A stretch of 63,322 nucleotides of DNA, counting the filler, from Lenisia limosa (lineage: Eukaryota; Protista; Breviatea), in assembly GCA_001655205.1 (NCBI GenBank). It is 8 parts of 8 records of this genome, joined end to end, with 100 filler letters (N's around TTAATTAATTAA, not from the genome) between each part and the next. Parts side by side here need not be neighbours in the genome. Positions count along the whole stretch, not along the records: positions 3,331 to 30,524 come from LPNZ01010688.1; positions 30,625 to 40,793 come from LPNZ01001085.1; 6 more parts are not named here. The stretch is one strand, 5' to 3'. Position 1 is the first letter of the stretch. The number at the start of each line of letters is the position of its first letter. The notes below the pieces were generated by a model. The model ran no database searches and was not told the DNA's origin. It worked only from the letters and a program-made list of their open reading frames with translations. Of this stretch, positions 23,317 through 36,700 are shown piece by piece. The translations under genes and the position numbers were made by a program.

Positions 23317-26300
23317 ATGACACTTCTCCCCTTAAAACATTATATATTACAAAGATGTACTTTATTCCAAGGGGCCCTCCGATTTAGCCCTCTTTCCTTT
23401 TCCGGACCTCGATCACTATTGTCATCATTGAGCAGACTGCCTTTTGGAAGAGTTTGGGGGAGTCTTCGCAGTTATTCCACGCTATTTTATATTATTATAG
23501 AATAATTGTTAAATTGGACCAAAATTGGTCAGAAATTAATCTGTGCAAGATTCTGTGGGTTCATTGTTTTCATGTACAACAAATTTGAATGTGACCAAAA
23601 TTTGACATTGAAACTGACAAAGGACAATAGCATATTGCCAAGAATCTTGAAAGCATTCATCTTCTGGCTTTCCTGTGATGTTTTAGAATATATGTTATTT
23701 AAATTTACTGGGTTAAGAGTGATAGTGAGTCCTAATTTTGCAGGTTACTGAAGGGTTACGAGAAGAGTTTTCATCAATTGTTGGACCATCCGGTGTTCTC
23801 ACAGGTAACACTGGAACATGTGACCAAATCTAGAAATGAAACTATCTTTCTCATCCACTAAGATGTGCTGAAACGCCCAAAATCTTTATTACATGAATAG
23901 ACAATTTATTTCCAGGGGATGACATAAGCGGCTTTGATGAAGATTGGCTGGCTAAATACAAAGGAAGCCCACAATGTGTAGTTTTGCCATCAACAACAGA
24001 CCAAGTGAGCTGTCATCTTGTTTTTTTTACGTTTTAGGTATCTGACATATTGGCAACATGTTATAATCACAAGTAGGTCTTTTGAAATAATACCGTGAAC
24101 GGGATTGTCCTTCATTTGTTCGCTACATGTCAAAACTTGAATGTGTTTGGAAATTGGAGTGCCAGTTTGAAATATTCACCTCCCTAGCCTCGCGGTTGTT
24201 CCCCAGGGAGGTAACACCGGACTTGTCGGGGGATCCGTACCGGTCTTCGATGAAATAGTTCTGAGCACCAGAAGGCTCAATAGAATCATAAACGTTGACC
24301 CAACTACGGGAGCTGTCACCGCTCAAGTGAGAGGATTGTAATTACTTTAACATCAAAGGTCACCAATTCCTACTCATATCGGTGGCTTCATAGTAAATAA
24401 AAGTCAGTTTGAATCATGAGATAACCGTGACACGTTCTATCTGATTGTCAATCTGAAAAAGTTGACAACCATTAGGCTGGAGTGATTTTGGGTGCTCTTG
24501 ACGACTATTTAGCTGATTATGACATGACAATTCCAATTGACCTTGGTAAAGGGGTCATGTAATGGGAAGTTGTTTTGGAATCTAACAAATGTACAGGGGC
24601 GAAAAACTCTTGCACTATTGGCGGTAACATTTCCACCAATGCAGGGGGGATCCGACTCCTTCGCTACGGTTCGCTTCATGGAAGCACCTTGGGACTTGAA
24701 GTGGTATGTAACGGCAATTCATAAAATGGTAGATAACTTCATGGTAAAACATTGATACCCCCCTTTAGCTGTGATTTATTTATTTGTATTTTGTGTTTTC
24801 AAAATAATCTCCAAGGTACTTGCTGATGGAACTGTTATTTCGAATCTCAACACCAATCGCAAGGATAACACCGGGTGGGTAACACTGCTGAGATTCCTAA
24901 TAATCACATTGACACTGATCGGTCTTTGTATGTAACCTCCCAGCTATGACCTGAAGCATCTCTTTATTGGCTCAGAAGGGACTCTTGGAGTGGTTACAGC
25001 ATGTAGCATTCTAGCTCCGCCTAAACCATCGGTAATTTGTTCTTTCTTATTTGTCTGTTCAAGTGGCATTGTTGGCTGTCAACTCTTACAGTGATATTTT
25101 GGCCTTATTCACCAAAGCAAAGAAACAACTTGGTGAAATTCTCTCAGGTGCTCTCTCCAATTTATAATGATCTCGATTAATCACCCAGCTTTTGAATTCT
25201 TGGATGGACCATCTTTTGATCTTGTAACGCAACACATGGAAAATACCAGCAATCCCTTGGAACAAAGTTACCCGTTTTTTGCTGTTGTGGAAACCTCAGG
25301 AATGCACATGGACCATGATATTGAGGTGAGAACTCGGGACTCTGAAATGTCATTTCAAGGGTTAAAAAATGTCTTGTATAATCTCTCGTGTTTTGCACAA
25401 GTTGTAATTGTGAGTCATCTCTTGTAGAAAATGGCAGCCTTCCTTGAAGATGCCATGACAGAAGGGCCACTGGTTGATGGGGTCATTGCTGAATCATCCA
25501 GTCAAGCTGAGAATATCTGGGCTCTTAGGGAGCAGGTAAGTATCCCACATACAAATGCATTTGGAAATCGCTTATATGGCTTCCCCTCCCCCCAAAAGTC
25601 CTTTTAGAAGACTTAATTTATTGATTACAGATGTGCTGTTACTATATACTATATCATATATAGCTATGATTATGTTAAGGTGGCCGAGGCAGCCCAGCGA
25701 CATGGCCGAGCTTTCAAATGTGAGCCTGATGTAAAATCAATTATGAAAGAACAAATGAAATTATGGTTTTCAAACAATAATAACTTCAAAGATGACGTGT
25801 CACTTCCGACATCCGACTTTTACGCCCTCGTGAACCAGACAAAGAAGATGGTTACGGATCACAAGATCGATGCGATGACAATTGGCTACGGACATGTTGG
25901 TGACGGTATGCTTTTGCCTTTCTTGCTCTAATTATTCTGAGTTGTCCAATTATTTTTGTCCTTTTNNNNNNNNNNNNNNNNNNNNNNNNNNNNNNNNNNN
26001 NNNNNNNNNNNNNNNNNNNNNNNNNNNNNNNNNNNNNNNNNNNNNNNNNNNNNNNNNNNNNNNNNNNNNNNNNNNNNNNNNNNNNNNNNNNCCTATGACT
26101 CTCCAATTGAAGAGGTATGCAAATTCAGATATGATGTTTTACCCTTGAAGCTACAACCTTGTTGTATTTCTCATCAACAAAATTGGCAATATCAAGTTTA
26201 ATGGGTATAGCAGGATCCCCCCCCCCCCCNNNNNNNNNNNNNNNNNNNNNNNNNNNNNNNNNNNNNCCGAAGCCGTCCACACTATCACGCTTATACACTG

Positions 26301-26782
26301 CTTACTCCCCCCAGCTACTTGATGAATCCATCTACCAGTTCATTGAGGACCATAAGGGCAGTGTCTCGGCTGAACACGGTAGACTTGTCTTAGAACATAT
26401 GATATGATATGCATGATACGTATATATATGGACAGATAATACTATTATTGTTAATCTCCCCCTCTCAATACCTTTTTTGTTGCCCACATCACTCTTTAAC
26501 TTTGAAGGAGTTGGTGTCATGAAGCCCCGATATATTCACCACTCAAAATCAGAGGTAAGTAGGAATACTCTTGTTCAAAAAGAAAATCCCTTCTATCCTC
26601 CCCTTATCTTCTCAACTAAGCTATTAGGAGGAGATTGACCTCATGAAATCAATAAAAGATCTCTTAGATCCCAAGGTGAGCCTATCCATTCACTTATATT
26701 GTGGAACCAGGACCTACCTACCTTCAATCTCCGATTAACATTGTAGGGCATTCTCAACCCATACAAAGTACTTCCCCTTTGA
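23317..26782 (+). CDS. D2HGDH: D-2-hydroxyglutarate dehydrogenase (FAD-linked oxidase), probable mitochondrial presequence; start approximate
   Basis: [97 protein letters not shown] and [16 protein letters not shown]. An upstream Arg/Ser/Leu-rich exon lies at ~23370-23480. Confidence 0.95.
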
Positions 26783-26877
26783 TGATAATATTCTTCCCCA
26801 TTATTTGTGGCAATGCACCTTTTGTTTAACACCGAGTTAGCGGCTATTAAATAAATAAATCACAAAACCCAACCCCA

Positions 26878-27556
26878 CTACCAAACAATACGAACAACTG
26901 CTGCCTAATCCACTTCAACAATGAACTGAAAATGGTTAATTGAAGGAATTGAAGGGGGTAGGGGGGTGGGAGGACAATTTAGCTCCAATAGAAAAGGAAG
27001 GTTGTTATCCTTCCCCCATTTCTCTTTCTTAGCTTTATCAATCCTGAATTATTCGGTCCCTAAATACGAAAGAAGAAATCGGCGAATCTTTGTCTAAGAA
27101 ATTGGCGAATCTTTGTCTTGAAGGGACAGGACGCAAGTAAAGAAATACTCACCTTGGGAGGGAAAGCTCCGTAGACACCCTTACACTCGCCTTCCATCAT
27201 TCCTGGACGCTCCTCGGACTCCATCTTGAAGACATAGACAAGTTCGTCTGTGAAGAGTGAGGGAGGAAAGGAAGTCACTGCTCCGGAATCAAGCCACCGT
27301 GTAGCACTATATATGTCGATTTCAATGCTTACCAAGGACAAGAGGGAGGATGAAGTCGTCAGGCTTCTATGGAGAGAATAAAAACAAAAATGTTACAGAA
27401 ATTCAAACCTTTGGGTCCCATGTCGGCATTTCCTCGGGTTTAAAGTCCTTGATCTGGAGGGTTAGCGAGGCAAAAGGGTTCACAAACGCAGCGTCCAGTC
27501 ATCAGAACTTTTGGTGCTTCAAGCTGATCATCATCACTCCATCCATCATCACTCAT
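26878..27556 (-). CDS. Small SH3-domain protein (3' end uncertain)
   Basis: MSDDGWSDDDQLEAPK|IKDFKPEEMPTWDPK|KPDDFILPLVL|DELVYVFKMESEERPGMMEGECKGVYGAFPPK fits the SH3 pattern (DF..., V.V, G.EG...G.FP). Confidence 0.6.
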
Positions 27557-27863
27557 ATTGCTCTTATTAAAACCTATTAAGCGGGTTTTCATTTCACAAA
27601 TTTGAGATAGTAAATTATTTCATGGGGAAAAGTTTATCCGTGGCATCCACCTTTTCTAAAATTTGCAAGGAGCACAACAAGCCTTTCTCTGCTTCCTGTC
27701 CTTTGAAGTTAATTTCAGCAACTATTGGACCAATATCAAGCGCCACAGTCCCCAATTTTTAATCTTTTCTCTTTTTCTCCTTTTTCATCGGCAAAATTGT
27801 CACATTTCCATTGATGCCTTGAGAATTTGAAGAAAGAAACACAGTCACCAACAAATCAGCAAG

Positions 27864-30470
27864 ATGCCTGATTATCCCGTGGTCAATGAGCCGATAGAGG
27901 AATCACCCCCTGCAAAGATCAAGAAGAAATCTTCTTCAGTATGCAATTCCAACAAAATTGTGTTTCGTTGATATTATTTGTGATTCCTTACCCCCCCCCC
28001 CTTGTAGAAGAAGAAAGCCAAGAAGAAGAAGGAGACTCCAAAGCTTGTTGTTCCAGAACAGCTCCTTCAAGGTTTGAAGGAAAGGGCGCAAAAGAATCGG
28101 TATCGCTTAGTTTGGTCTGTTTACTCCCCAACGTCACTGAGGGATTGAACGTTGGGCTGTGATGGAATATTTAAGACAATAATATTAACAAAACAAGAGT
28201 CAAGTCTGCGAACCTTTGATTTTATATTCTCAAAAAGCGATTTTCTTCTTTGAATTATTGATTTTGTTCAAGCTTCTTTTTCGAGCGGCCATTATTCTTT
28301 GTTCTTTGTTACCTTGGAGAAACATAAACATTTTATCTTTCTTGTTTTTGTTTTTTTTCCCCATTCATTCTTCTTTTTTTCAACCGCCCAGAAACGTCCG
28401 AACGGGACCCTACTCTTGTATATAATGTCAAAGAGGTTCTTGGAAGAGGGTTGGTGGTGGTGGGTAAAGTAGTACGAAGTCATTTCAACTTATTTCTTAT
28501 TTTACTCAATTTATGAACGAATGTTATTGTGTTGTTGTTGTTTTCAACCCGCGAATAATTTTTTGAATTGACCATTCCTACCCCCTGGCGGTATTAATAC
28601 CCCTCCCCTATCCCCTGACTTTTTTAAGAGCGTTCGGTTCTGTGTTCCGGGCCGGTCTTCGGACAACCGGGCGCGATGTTGCCGTCAAACAGATGAAGGT
28701 GGGTGGGTGTTATTTTTCTTCTGAAAAATAAGGGGTTTTTTATTTTTATTGATCATTGGCGATGATAGGATATTTTTGGGAGTTTTTTTTTTTACTTTTC
28801 AGCTTCGTCAAGACAATATGGAGACGATAAGAGCGGAGGTGGGCTGCTGTGCGTAAAATACAAACTAAGCAAATGATATGCTCACAAAATGATGCATACA
28901 TTTAAACTTGACTCTTGTTTTGTTAATATTATTGTCTTAAATATTCCATCACAGCCCAACGTTCAATCCCTCGGTGACTCCAAAATATCACAGTTTAAGA
29001 TGATGGTAAAACAGTCAATAGTATCTTTCCAGAACAATTTAAGCCTACGTAGCATCATATCGCGTCTCCCTGTTAATGCTAAGCTTGTGTTGTTAAAATA
29101 TTAGAGAATGATAAATCAATCCCTCTCTTGAGTTTACCTCCCCCCCCCCTCCTCAGGTTGCGATTATGAAGAAGTTGAGATCGCCATACATTGTCCCGTA
29201 CCATGGATCCTATATCCACGGTGGCATGCTCTGGATTGCAATGGAATTGGTGGGGCTTTGAAAGTGTTAATATAATGCATTGCCATTATGTAATTGATAT
29301 ACTACTAGTTGTTTCATAAAATGTCCAATTTTACTCCCGCCTCCCCCCCAAAGGTTGACGCGGGTTCGATCGGAGATCTAATATCCAACCGAAAACTCTC
29401 GGAAGAAGAAATCGCGGTCATTGCTGTCAACCTCCTTCGCGGTCTTGACTACCTTCATAGTCTCAATATGGTGCACAGGTGGGATGGGCGATAAGAGCCG
29501 AAGAGTGATAAGTCTGAACATTTATTGAATCAAAACACATGCTTCTATATAGCTAATATATAAAGGATGTTTTTTTTGTTTTTACTTGTTTAGGGACATT
29601 AAAGCTGCCAATATCCTGCTTTCTTCGTCTGGACGTGCCAAAATAGGTCCGTGGGTTGAGGGCCACAAACAGTTAATGAAACAAACCTCTTAACCGAGGG
29701 CATTCAAATGACATGTTCTTTTGATATAGTATTCCAACGACTTGGTCTATGATTCAACATATCGCCTGGGCCACGATACCCCAGCGTGTCACCCTCCAGC
29801 TGACTTCGGAATTACTCTGGACGCTTCATCCAAAGAAGAAGATTGTGCTGAGGCTACTGGGTCTCCTTACTGGATGGTTGGAGGGGTGCTCATCTAGAAT
29901 GAGAGCCAAGCGCCACCGCCACCCACACCTGATTTTGTAGTCCCCCGAGGCAGTCAACCATGAGCCCGTCACGGCCGCATCTGATATTTGGTCCGTCGGT
30001 GTGACCATGATCGAAATGGCCACAAAAGACCCGGTATGCGATTTTGGTCACTCGGATCTGTTAATCGAAAAGAACCTTTTGTTGTGATGTTTTGAAAAGC
30101 ATAACAGAGTTGATTTTGGGTTTTACATAAAGTCTCCATTTCACCCCCCCCCCCTCACAGNNNNNNNNNNNNNNNNNNNNNNNNNNNNNNNNNNNNNNNN
30201 NNNNNNNNNNNNNNNNNNNNNNNNNNNNNNNNNNNNNNNNNNNNNNNNNNNNNNNNNNNNNNNNNNNNNNNTCAATGAGGCCCCACCAAGGCTTCCGCAG
30301 GTACTATTGGCGGCTGTTATCTCCCTCTTTGATCTCTTTTGTCCCATAAAGTTGGACAAATTTCACCCACCACACAGTCCCTGGACGCCTCACCTGAATT
30401 CAACGACTTCATCAGCCGTTGTCTCGTCAAAGATCCCCTCAGACGGTCATCAGTACAGGAACTGCTCCAG
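27864..30470 (+). CDS. STE20-family Ser/Thr kinase, partial at 3' end
   Basis: RDPTLVYNVKEVLGRGAFGSV, VAVKQM, LWIAMEL, HRDIKAANILL, ADFG, GSPYWMSPE, DIWSVG and SPEFNDFISRCLVKDP. One exon is in N at 30161-30271, and the gene runs into the linker at 30569. Confidence 0.93.
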
Positions 30471-30789
30471 GTAGGCCTTGAATTTACTACGACATAAGTG
30501 TCCCGGACATAAGAACTGCTAAGCNNNNNNNNNNNNNNNNNNNNNNNNNNNNNNNNNNNNNNNNNNNNTTAATTAATTAANNNNNNNNNNNNNNNNNNNN
30601 NNNNNNNNNNNNNNNNNNNNNNNNGTTATGCATGGTCACCTACTACATATCATATGCTATACTCTACATTCGCTGACATTGGGTTGATTGTCACCCCAAG
30701 AGTTCTACAAGCCTAAATGATGTTAAAGTAGGTCTGATCTAGAAGGATAATTGTTAAAATTGCAAGCCAAATATTTTACATTATTTTTG

Positions 30790-33700
30790 TGGTTACCTCA
30801 TGTAGTTGATTGCTGTCGGGATCAAGGCATTTCCTACAAAGTCAAAACGATGAACGGTTGATATCTGCTAATATGAGAAGGTAAATAATATTCAGAAGTT
30901 AAAAATTATTAATTATCTGTACAAAGTTTTTACATAAGTAAGTCCACATACTGTGACGTATAACTTCCAAGAGGAGGAGGAAGGGCAACCTTCCCGTCAA
31001 ATATCGAAAACAGGGTTCTATGTCTGTAAATGGTCAATTGATTATTTGAATTTCATGAAATAATGTTGAAAATATATAGCTATTTAGTTGCGAACAACAC
31101 GGAATATTGACTTAGGATTCTTTTCAAAATGTTTGAAAATGTTTGAATTCGTACTATTTATATTAAATAGAAATGAAAGTCAGGAAAATTCTGGGAAAGC
31201 CAAATACTAAAAGTAAGGCATGAGCCGAAATTCAATGGATACCTCAAGTGTAAGATACTTTGTACCATTTTTGTTACGAACATTCTAGTAACTTTTGGAC
31301 ATTTTCAATAGGTCCCCCTTCCCTATGTTATGCTACCTCAATTTTCCACCTTTTTGTGTCCATTTTGAAAGATATAAGTTTCAAAAATAAGAGTAGAGTG
31401 ATTTAAGTGGGAGTTGAAAGAAGTTGGACCCCAACCTTCTGAACATTCAAAAAACAGTATTTCACTAGGCTTGAACCACGCATTATGATGGGTTGATAGG
31501 GCTTCACTTCGATTCGAAAAAAAGACTGAAAAAACTATCAATATTTTACCAGTATTTTTCGAACCGAAGTGAAGCCCTATGATCATTAAAACGAAGACTC
31601 TTTTTGAAAAATTGTATAAGATATCATATGTATTATATATCCGACATAACCTTTTACATAAATCGTCACATTACACTGCCGATCATTACACGATTCTAAA
31701 ATTTCATTTCGCAATAAAGAACTTATTTTATGATACTAGAGACTTATCTAATAAGAGAAAACTTGAAAGTGGCATGTATTATAGTAACAATGGATTTATA
31801 ACTATAAAAAAACAAACCCTTTTTTGTAAAACTGTAAAGAAAACACAAGTCAATATGATCATAATTGTGCATAGATGTTTACGGTATTTCACAGAATAGT
31901 TTGATATTACCTTTGTTCTTTTTCAGGAAGGGGTCTAGTTTGATCTTCAGCCTTCTTCACTCTGGTGGGTGTAATAATCGGGATTGAAATTTATGTATCT
32001 GTGATTCAATAAAATATACTATATCGATATGAGTAGTATTAGGGGACTTAATTGGTTGTGGATTTATTATTAAGAATTTAATCTATGTACATCTGTTGTA
32101 TTTACAGGACACCACTAGGAATATGTACATATTATATTATATCATATCATATGTGTTGTCAAAGAAAACGAAGTTGTACGATTGAATTACCAAAAAAAAA
32201 AATATTTAGGTGCAATTAATTGAAAAATTAATTTCAAAATTTGAAGTTGGACATATTATGACGAAAATCCGACACTTTAAATTATATTTTTTCAAAAAAT
32301 TAATTGCACGGAGCCCTGCTGATATTGATTGGATTTTACAAGTACATAATGTGTTAATTGGTCCTAGATGGTGTATTGTTGTATTGTTGATGGAATACTC
32401 ATACATAGTGTGGTGCTGATTGAATCACCAAAATATGATATATTGACAGTATTTGCCAACATAGTGTGGTGTTGGGCAGAACAAACTGACGGAGCCATTA
32501 TCTCCGAGTCGTTTTGGAACAATCGGTTTGTTAGTTCGCGAATCTAAAAGAAATTAATACTTAACTACAATGCATTGACTTGGAATCATTATGCGAAGTT
32601 GGGATTGTCATTAGTCCATGCCATGTAACTGCATGGAAATTGTAAGAATTACGGGATTCCTAATACTAGAAGGGAATCCCAAGTCAATGCTCTCTACAAT
32701 GGGCAAGTAGTTTATAATAAAGATTCAAATACGAACGTCGCCAAATATGTCAACATCATACCGAGTAGAATGTTTCAAAGTCATTGAGGGATTTTTCCTC
32801 ATCAACTGGGGCTGAAATGTTATTGAAATATGTATGTAACCTAAAATATTTTCAATTTTTAACTGTTATATTTCAAGTGACATATTGAACAAAACTGACA
32901 ACTAAAATTTTAAATCCCAAACACTCACAAAAAGGGGTCTTTTGTCTGTCTGGGATAGGAATTGACAAACACGTAGTTTCTCCCAACAACTCCATCTAAA
33001 CAGCATAAAATATTGGAATCTTAATAAACCATTAAATTGAAATCATGTTGATTATTAGCTGTTTCTACTCATCTCTACACAAATGCTTACATTAGTTATA
33101 GGCTCATCTTGGTTGAAGTTGTTGTGAGAGCTGTGACATGACCATACCGGAATCTTCCCAACTCCTTTCGCATCAATCTGATTTTATAAGATAAATTACT
33201 CAATAGGCATCAAATTTCAACATATTGACGCACCGCTGCAAATATTCTGAATAGGAAGTGTGAATATTCAGATGAGTGTAATAAGTATTACATTGGCAAT
33301 TTTATATTATATATATTTATAATACGTCACTTCTTAACCACCCCAACTAACATATCGGTCAAATTTACAGACCCAGTTTTCGTCATGAGATGCGATGCAC
33401 AACCGAGTATCAACGTCCCTAATTAAATTAGGATATTTCGATGAGAATATTGCCGTGAAATACTATCTCAAACAGAAGAATCTGAAACTCCAAATAAACA
33501 AAAACTAAAGAACCAAGCAATACATACCACGATCAAAAATAGTTGAAACTAGAAAAACAAATAGGATAATGCCGTTAAATTTTGGTATTTCCAACTTTCT
33601 CATAAGAATACAATTTCAATGCGCAGTGCATAGTCAGCTTACAAGTTTTTGTATTTTTTGTTTTCAGGAAATGACACAATTGTACCGTAGGCCAATCTAG

Positions 33701-36700
33701 AGTGATTAATAGAAAGGGAGGAGGAAAACAGGCATTGTTTTCCATTTATTATATCGGTCGACACAGAAGATTATTTCGCCAATTTAGATCATCAAGAGTA
33801 ATTTATTATGAGAGAACTGTCATTGGCTATTTTCTTGACACTAATAATAAAAGTATTCTATCAAAATGTTAATGTATAAACAGAGTTGGTTTGACAGAGT
33901 GTCCAACGTAATATCGTCTTTCTATATGCGATAATTAATTGAATTTGGCCAAAACAACGGGACATTTTGCGAGAAAATGCAGTACTATTGTTGTAACACT
34001 CAACATTTAACAGCCCCACGTGAATATGATTGAGTGAGACATAGAGACATATATTTGCTTGTACCATAATACGAAGCTTATTAGAATCATTTAACAGCCC
34101 CACGTTAACATAATAAAACATTTTCTATATATTACTAATAATACAACCAATTAAGTCCCCTAATACTACTTATCTCGATATTTGTATATTGAAATTGTTT
34201 TTTATGTAACATTTGTGAGATAAATTATGACATATAACAGCCCCACGTTATAACGTTTTCTTTTGCATGAGTACAAACTCTGGAGGCCGTATTGAGAACG
34301 TCACCAATGATACACCATTGGTAAGTTGAAGTACCTAAGATGGGTAGCTGTGAACAGAATAAGTGTATTTAAAATTAATTTGTCAAATTCTGGTACGCTG
34401 TGATATTCAGCAAATATTTTAAACAGATATATTTAGTATTGTCTATAACCATAAATGGCTCATCTAAAAAGGGGTTGGCAGCGTCTGTAGTTAAAAAATG
34501 CTAAAAGTGGTATTTCTTAGAACACAATTAAAAAATAAAAGGTTTATTTTTGCTCAGACGTTTTTTGAAAGAGCCAACCCATTTTGAGATAAGCTCATGA
34601 AAATGAGTCATTCATTAACCTACTCAGAAGGCCTGAAACTGCAGAACCTGAGTTCATCCCTATTTTACTCCCAATTCCAAAAGTTAGCAGCTGAAAACGT
34701 GAAAATGTAATTAGGCTTCAGAAGTTTAACACATTCTCAAAAACTGAAATGATATCTTTGATAACATAACACTATATCTCAAAAGCAAAGACAATACATC
34801 TGAATTTCAACACAATAGATGTGAACATCTCTAATATCGACAGTAGCAACAAGAACACGGTAATAATTACACAATGATTTTTGTGATTACTTGTACATCT
34901 ATTTACCAAATCAGACATACCATATTTCGTAAGGCAATTGCCAAGCCAATACTTTGAAACACGCCGCTCGGATCCCTGCTCCCTGATTGTAATTGGAACT
35001 ATTGAGATATGAGAAACTTAATAAATGCCAAACTTCTTCCACACAACTTAACGTATCACGATTAAAACATACCATTAAATATTAACGTCGTAATCTCAAC
35101 TTAAGATATAATATTGACAATAAACACCTAAATATCGAAAAATCCTCGATAAATTTCGATATTTTATTTTATCTGGCTTTGTCAGACGGAAGTGAAGACC
35201 TAGCTGTCATTCACCAAATTATACTGTATTAATCTATAAATCACTGTTTACCTCTTTTTGGATGAACATTTGAGACGATGACGTAACTGAAGTTCACCTG
35301 CTCGTATTTGAAGCTAAAACCATAAATTGATTACGATTGTTTTGCTTGGAATTTGATGAAAATAAACTATAAACAAAACGATATTTCAGTATTTCATTTA
35401 ATTATACTCAATGAGGGAAGTAAAAGCTATCTGGATAACAAGCGACTAAGGTTTAGCATAATGACACATTTCACTTGTGTTCATGAAATAAAAGAAGAGT
35501 TCGATATCAATTTGTCAATATCCCATCAAACTGTCTTCGATTAAGTTAATGTCAAACTCAAGCAAACCATCCTCTGAGAATGATCAGTTGATCAATTTTC
35601 TTTGTAACCTGCATGACCAAATTTGCCACCTAAATCATCACCAAATTTGCCACCTAAATTATAGCTAATTGATCAGTGTAATATTGCAAAACGATACTAT
35701 GAAGCTCTGTTCAAAGCGTGTTTCACTAAATAACAAGCATTTAGTTTCCAGTTTCAGCAAACCTCTATTGGTTGACTGATAGCCAATGTTGCAGAAATTG
35801 TCATCTAATGGAGATGAAAAAAGCTTTTCATTTTGGCTTCCGTAAGGTGTGGAAAATACCAGGAACAATCAGATTATATCATATATAGAAGATTGACCAA
35901 AAAATTTAGTCCATTTTTGGGACTGTAGGGAATTCATATTAATAAGGAAATTTAGTCAGATAGTCCCATACTGAAAAGAGGCCATTCATATGAAATAGTA
36001 ATTAAGTATTTACTTCGGTACAAGAAAAGACTGAATTTCACAATAAATCATCAAAAACTGTCGATTTTGTCGCTATTTGCAAACCGGAGTGACCGAGTGA
36101 TGCATAGTGTAATTTGCATCTTGCTTACTTCAACAAATTGAACTGTCAAATTTGGAAGGATTGTAGGTTCATCAATATCTGGCTTGTATTCTTGACAGAT
36201 AAGTAATGGTATAAAAATGAAAAACTATGTATATATTAGGGAAACAATGTAATAAAACCGCCTATAAACCTCATTATAATCAATAGTTTAAAATATCAAG
36301 TAGATTCATAAGGACAAAACATCATATGACTTCAATTACAAAATTTAATTGTAAATATATCCACAATTGTATTTTATTGGTATGCACAAGTAGAAGTCCT
36401 TACATAATTTGTCTTGCCGAACATAATCGTAGTAAATATATTTTCTTATAATATCATATCTAGTATTTATTGTATTATTGTTCTGAACAATCACGATTCC
36501 CTGTAAACATGATTCATGTTTGCTCCTCATCCCAATCTACTCAGTTTGTCCTGCCAAATATGACGCGCCATCGAAGGCATCATGTGATCGCCAAGGTTAT
36601 CTACAGACTTGTTAAAATGGTACAATACTCAAATGTGATTTGACATAACCTTATTAAGACTTCCCTACGGACCAAAAAATACCGGAAAATGTTGATATTG

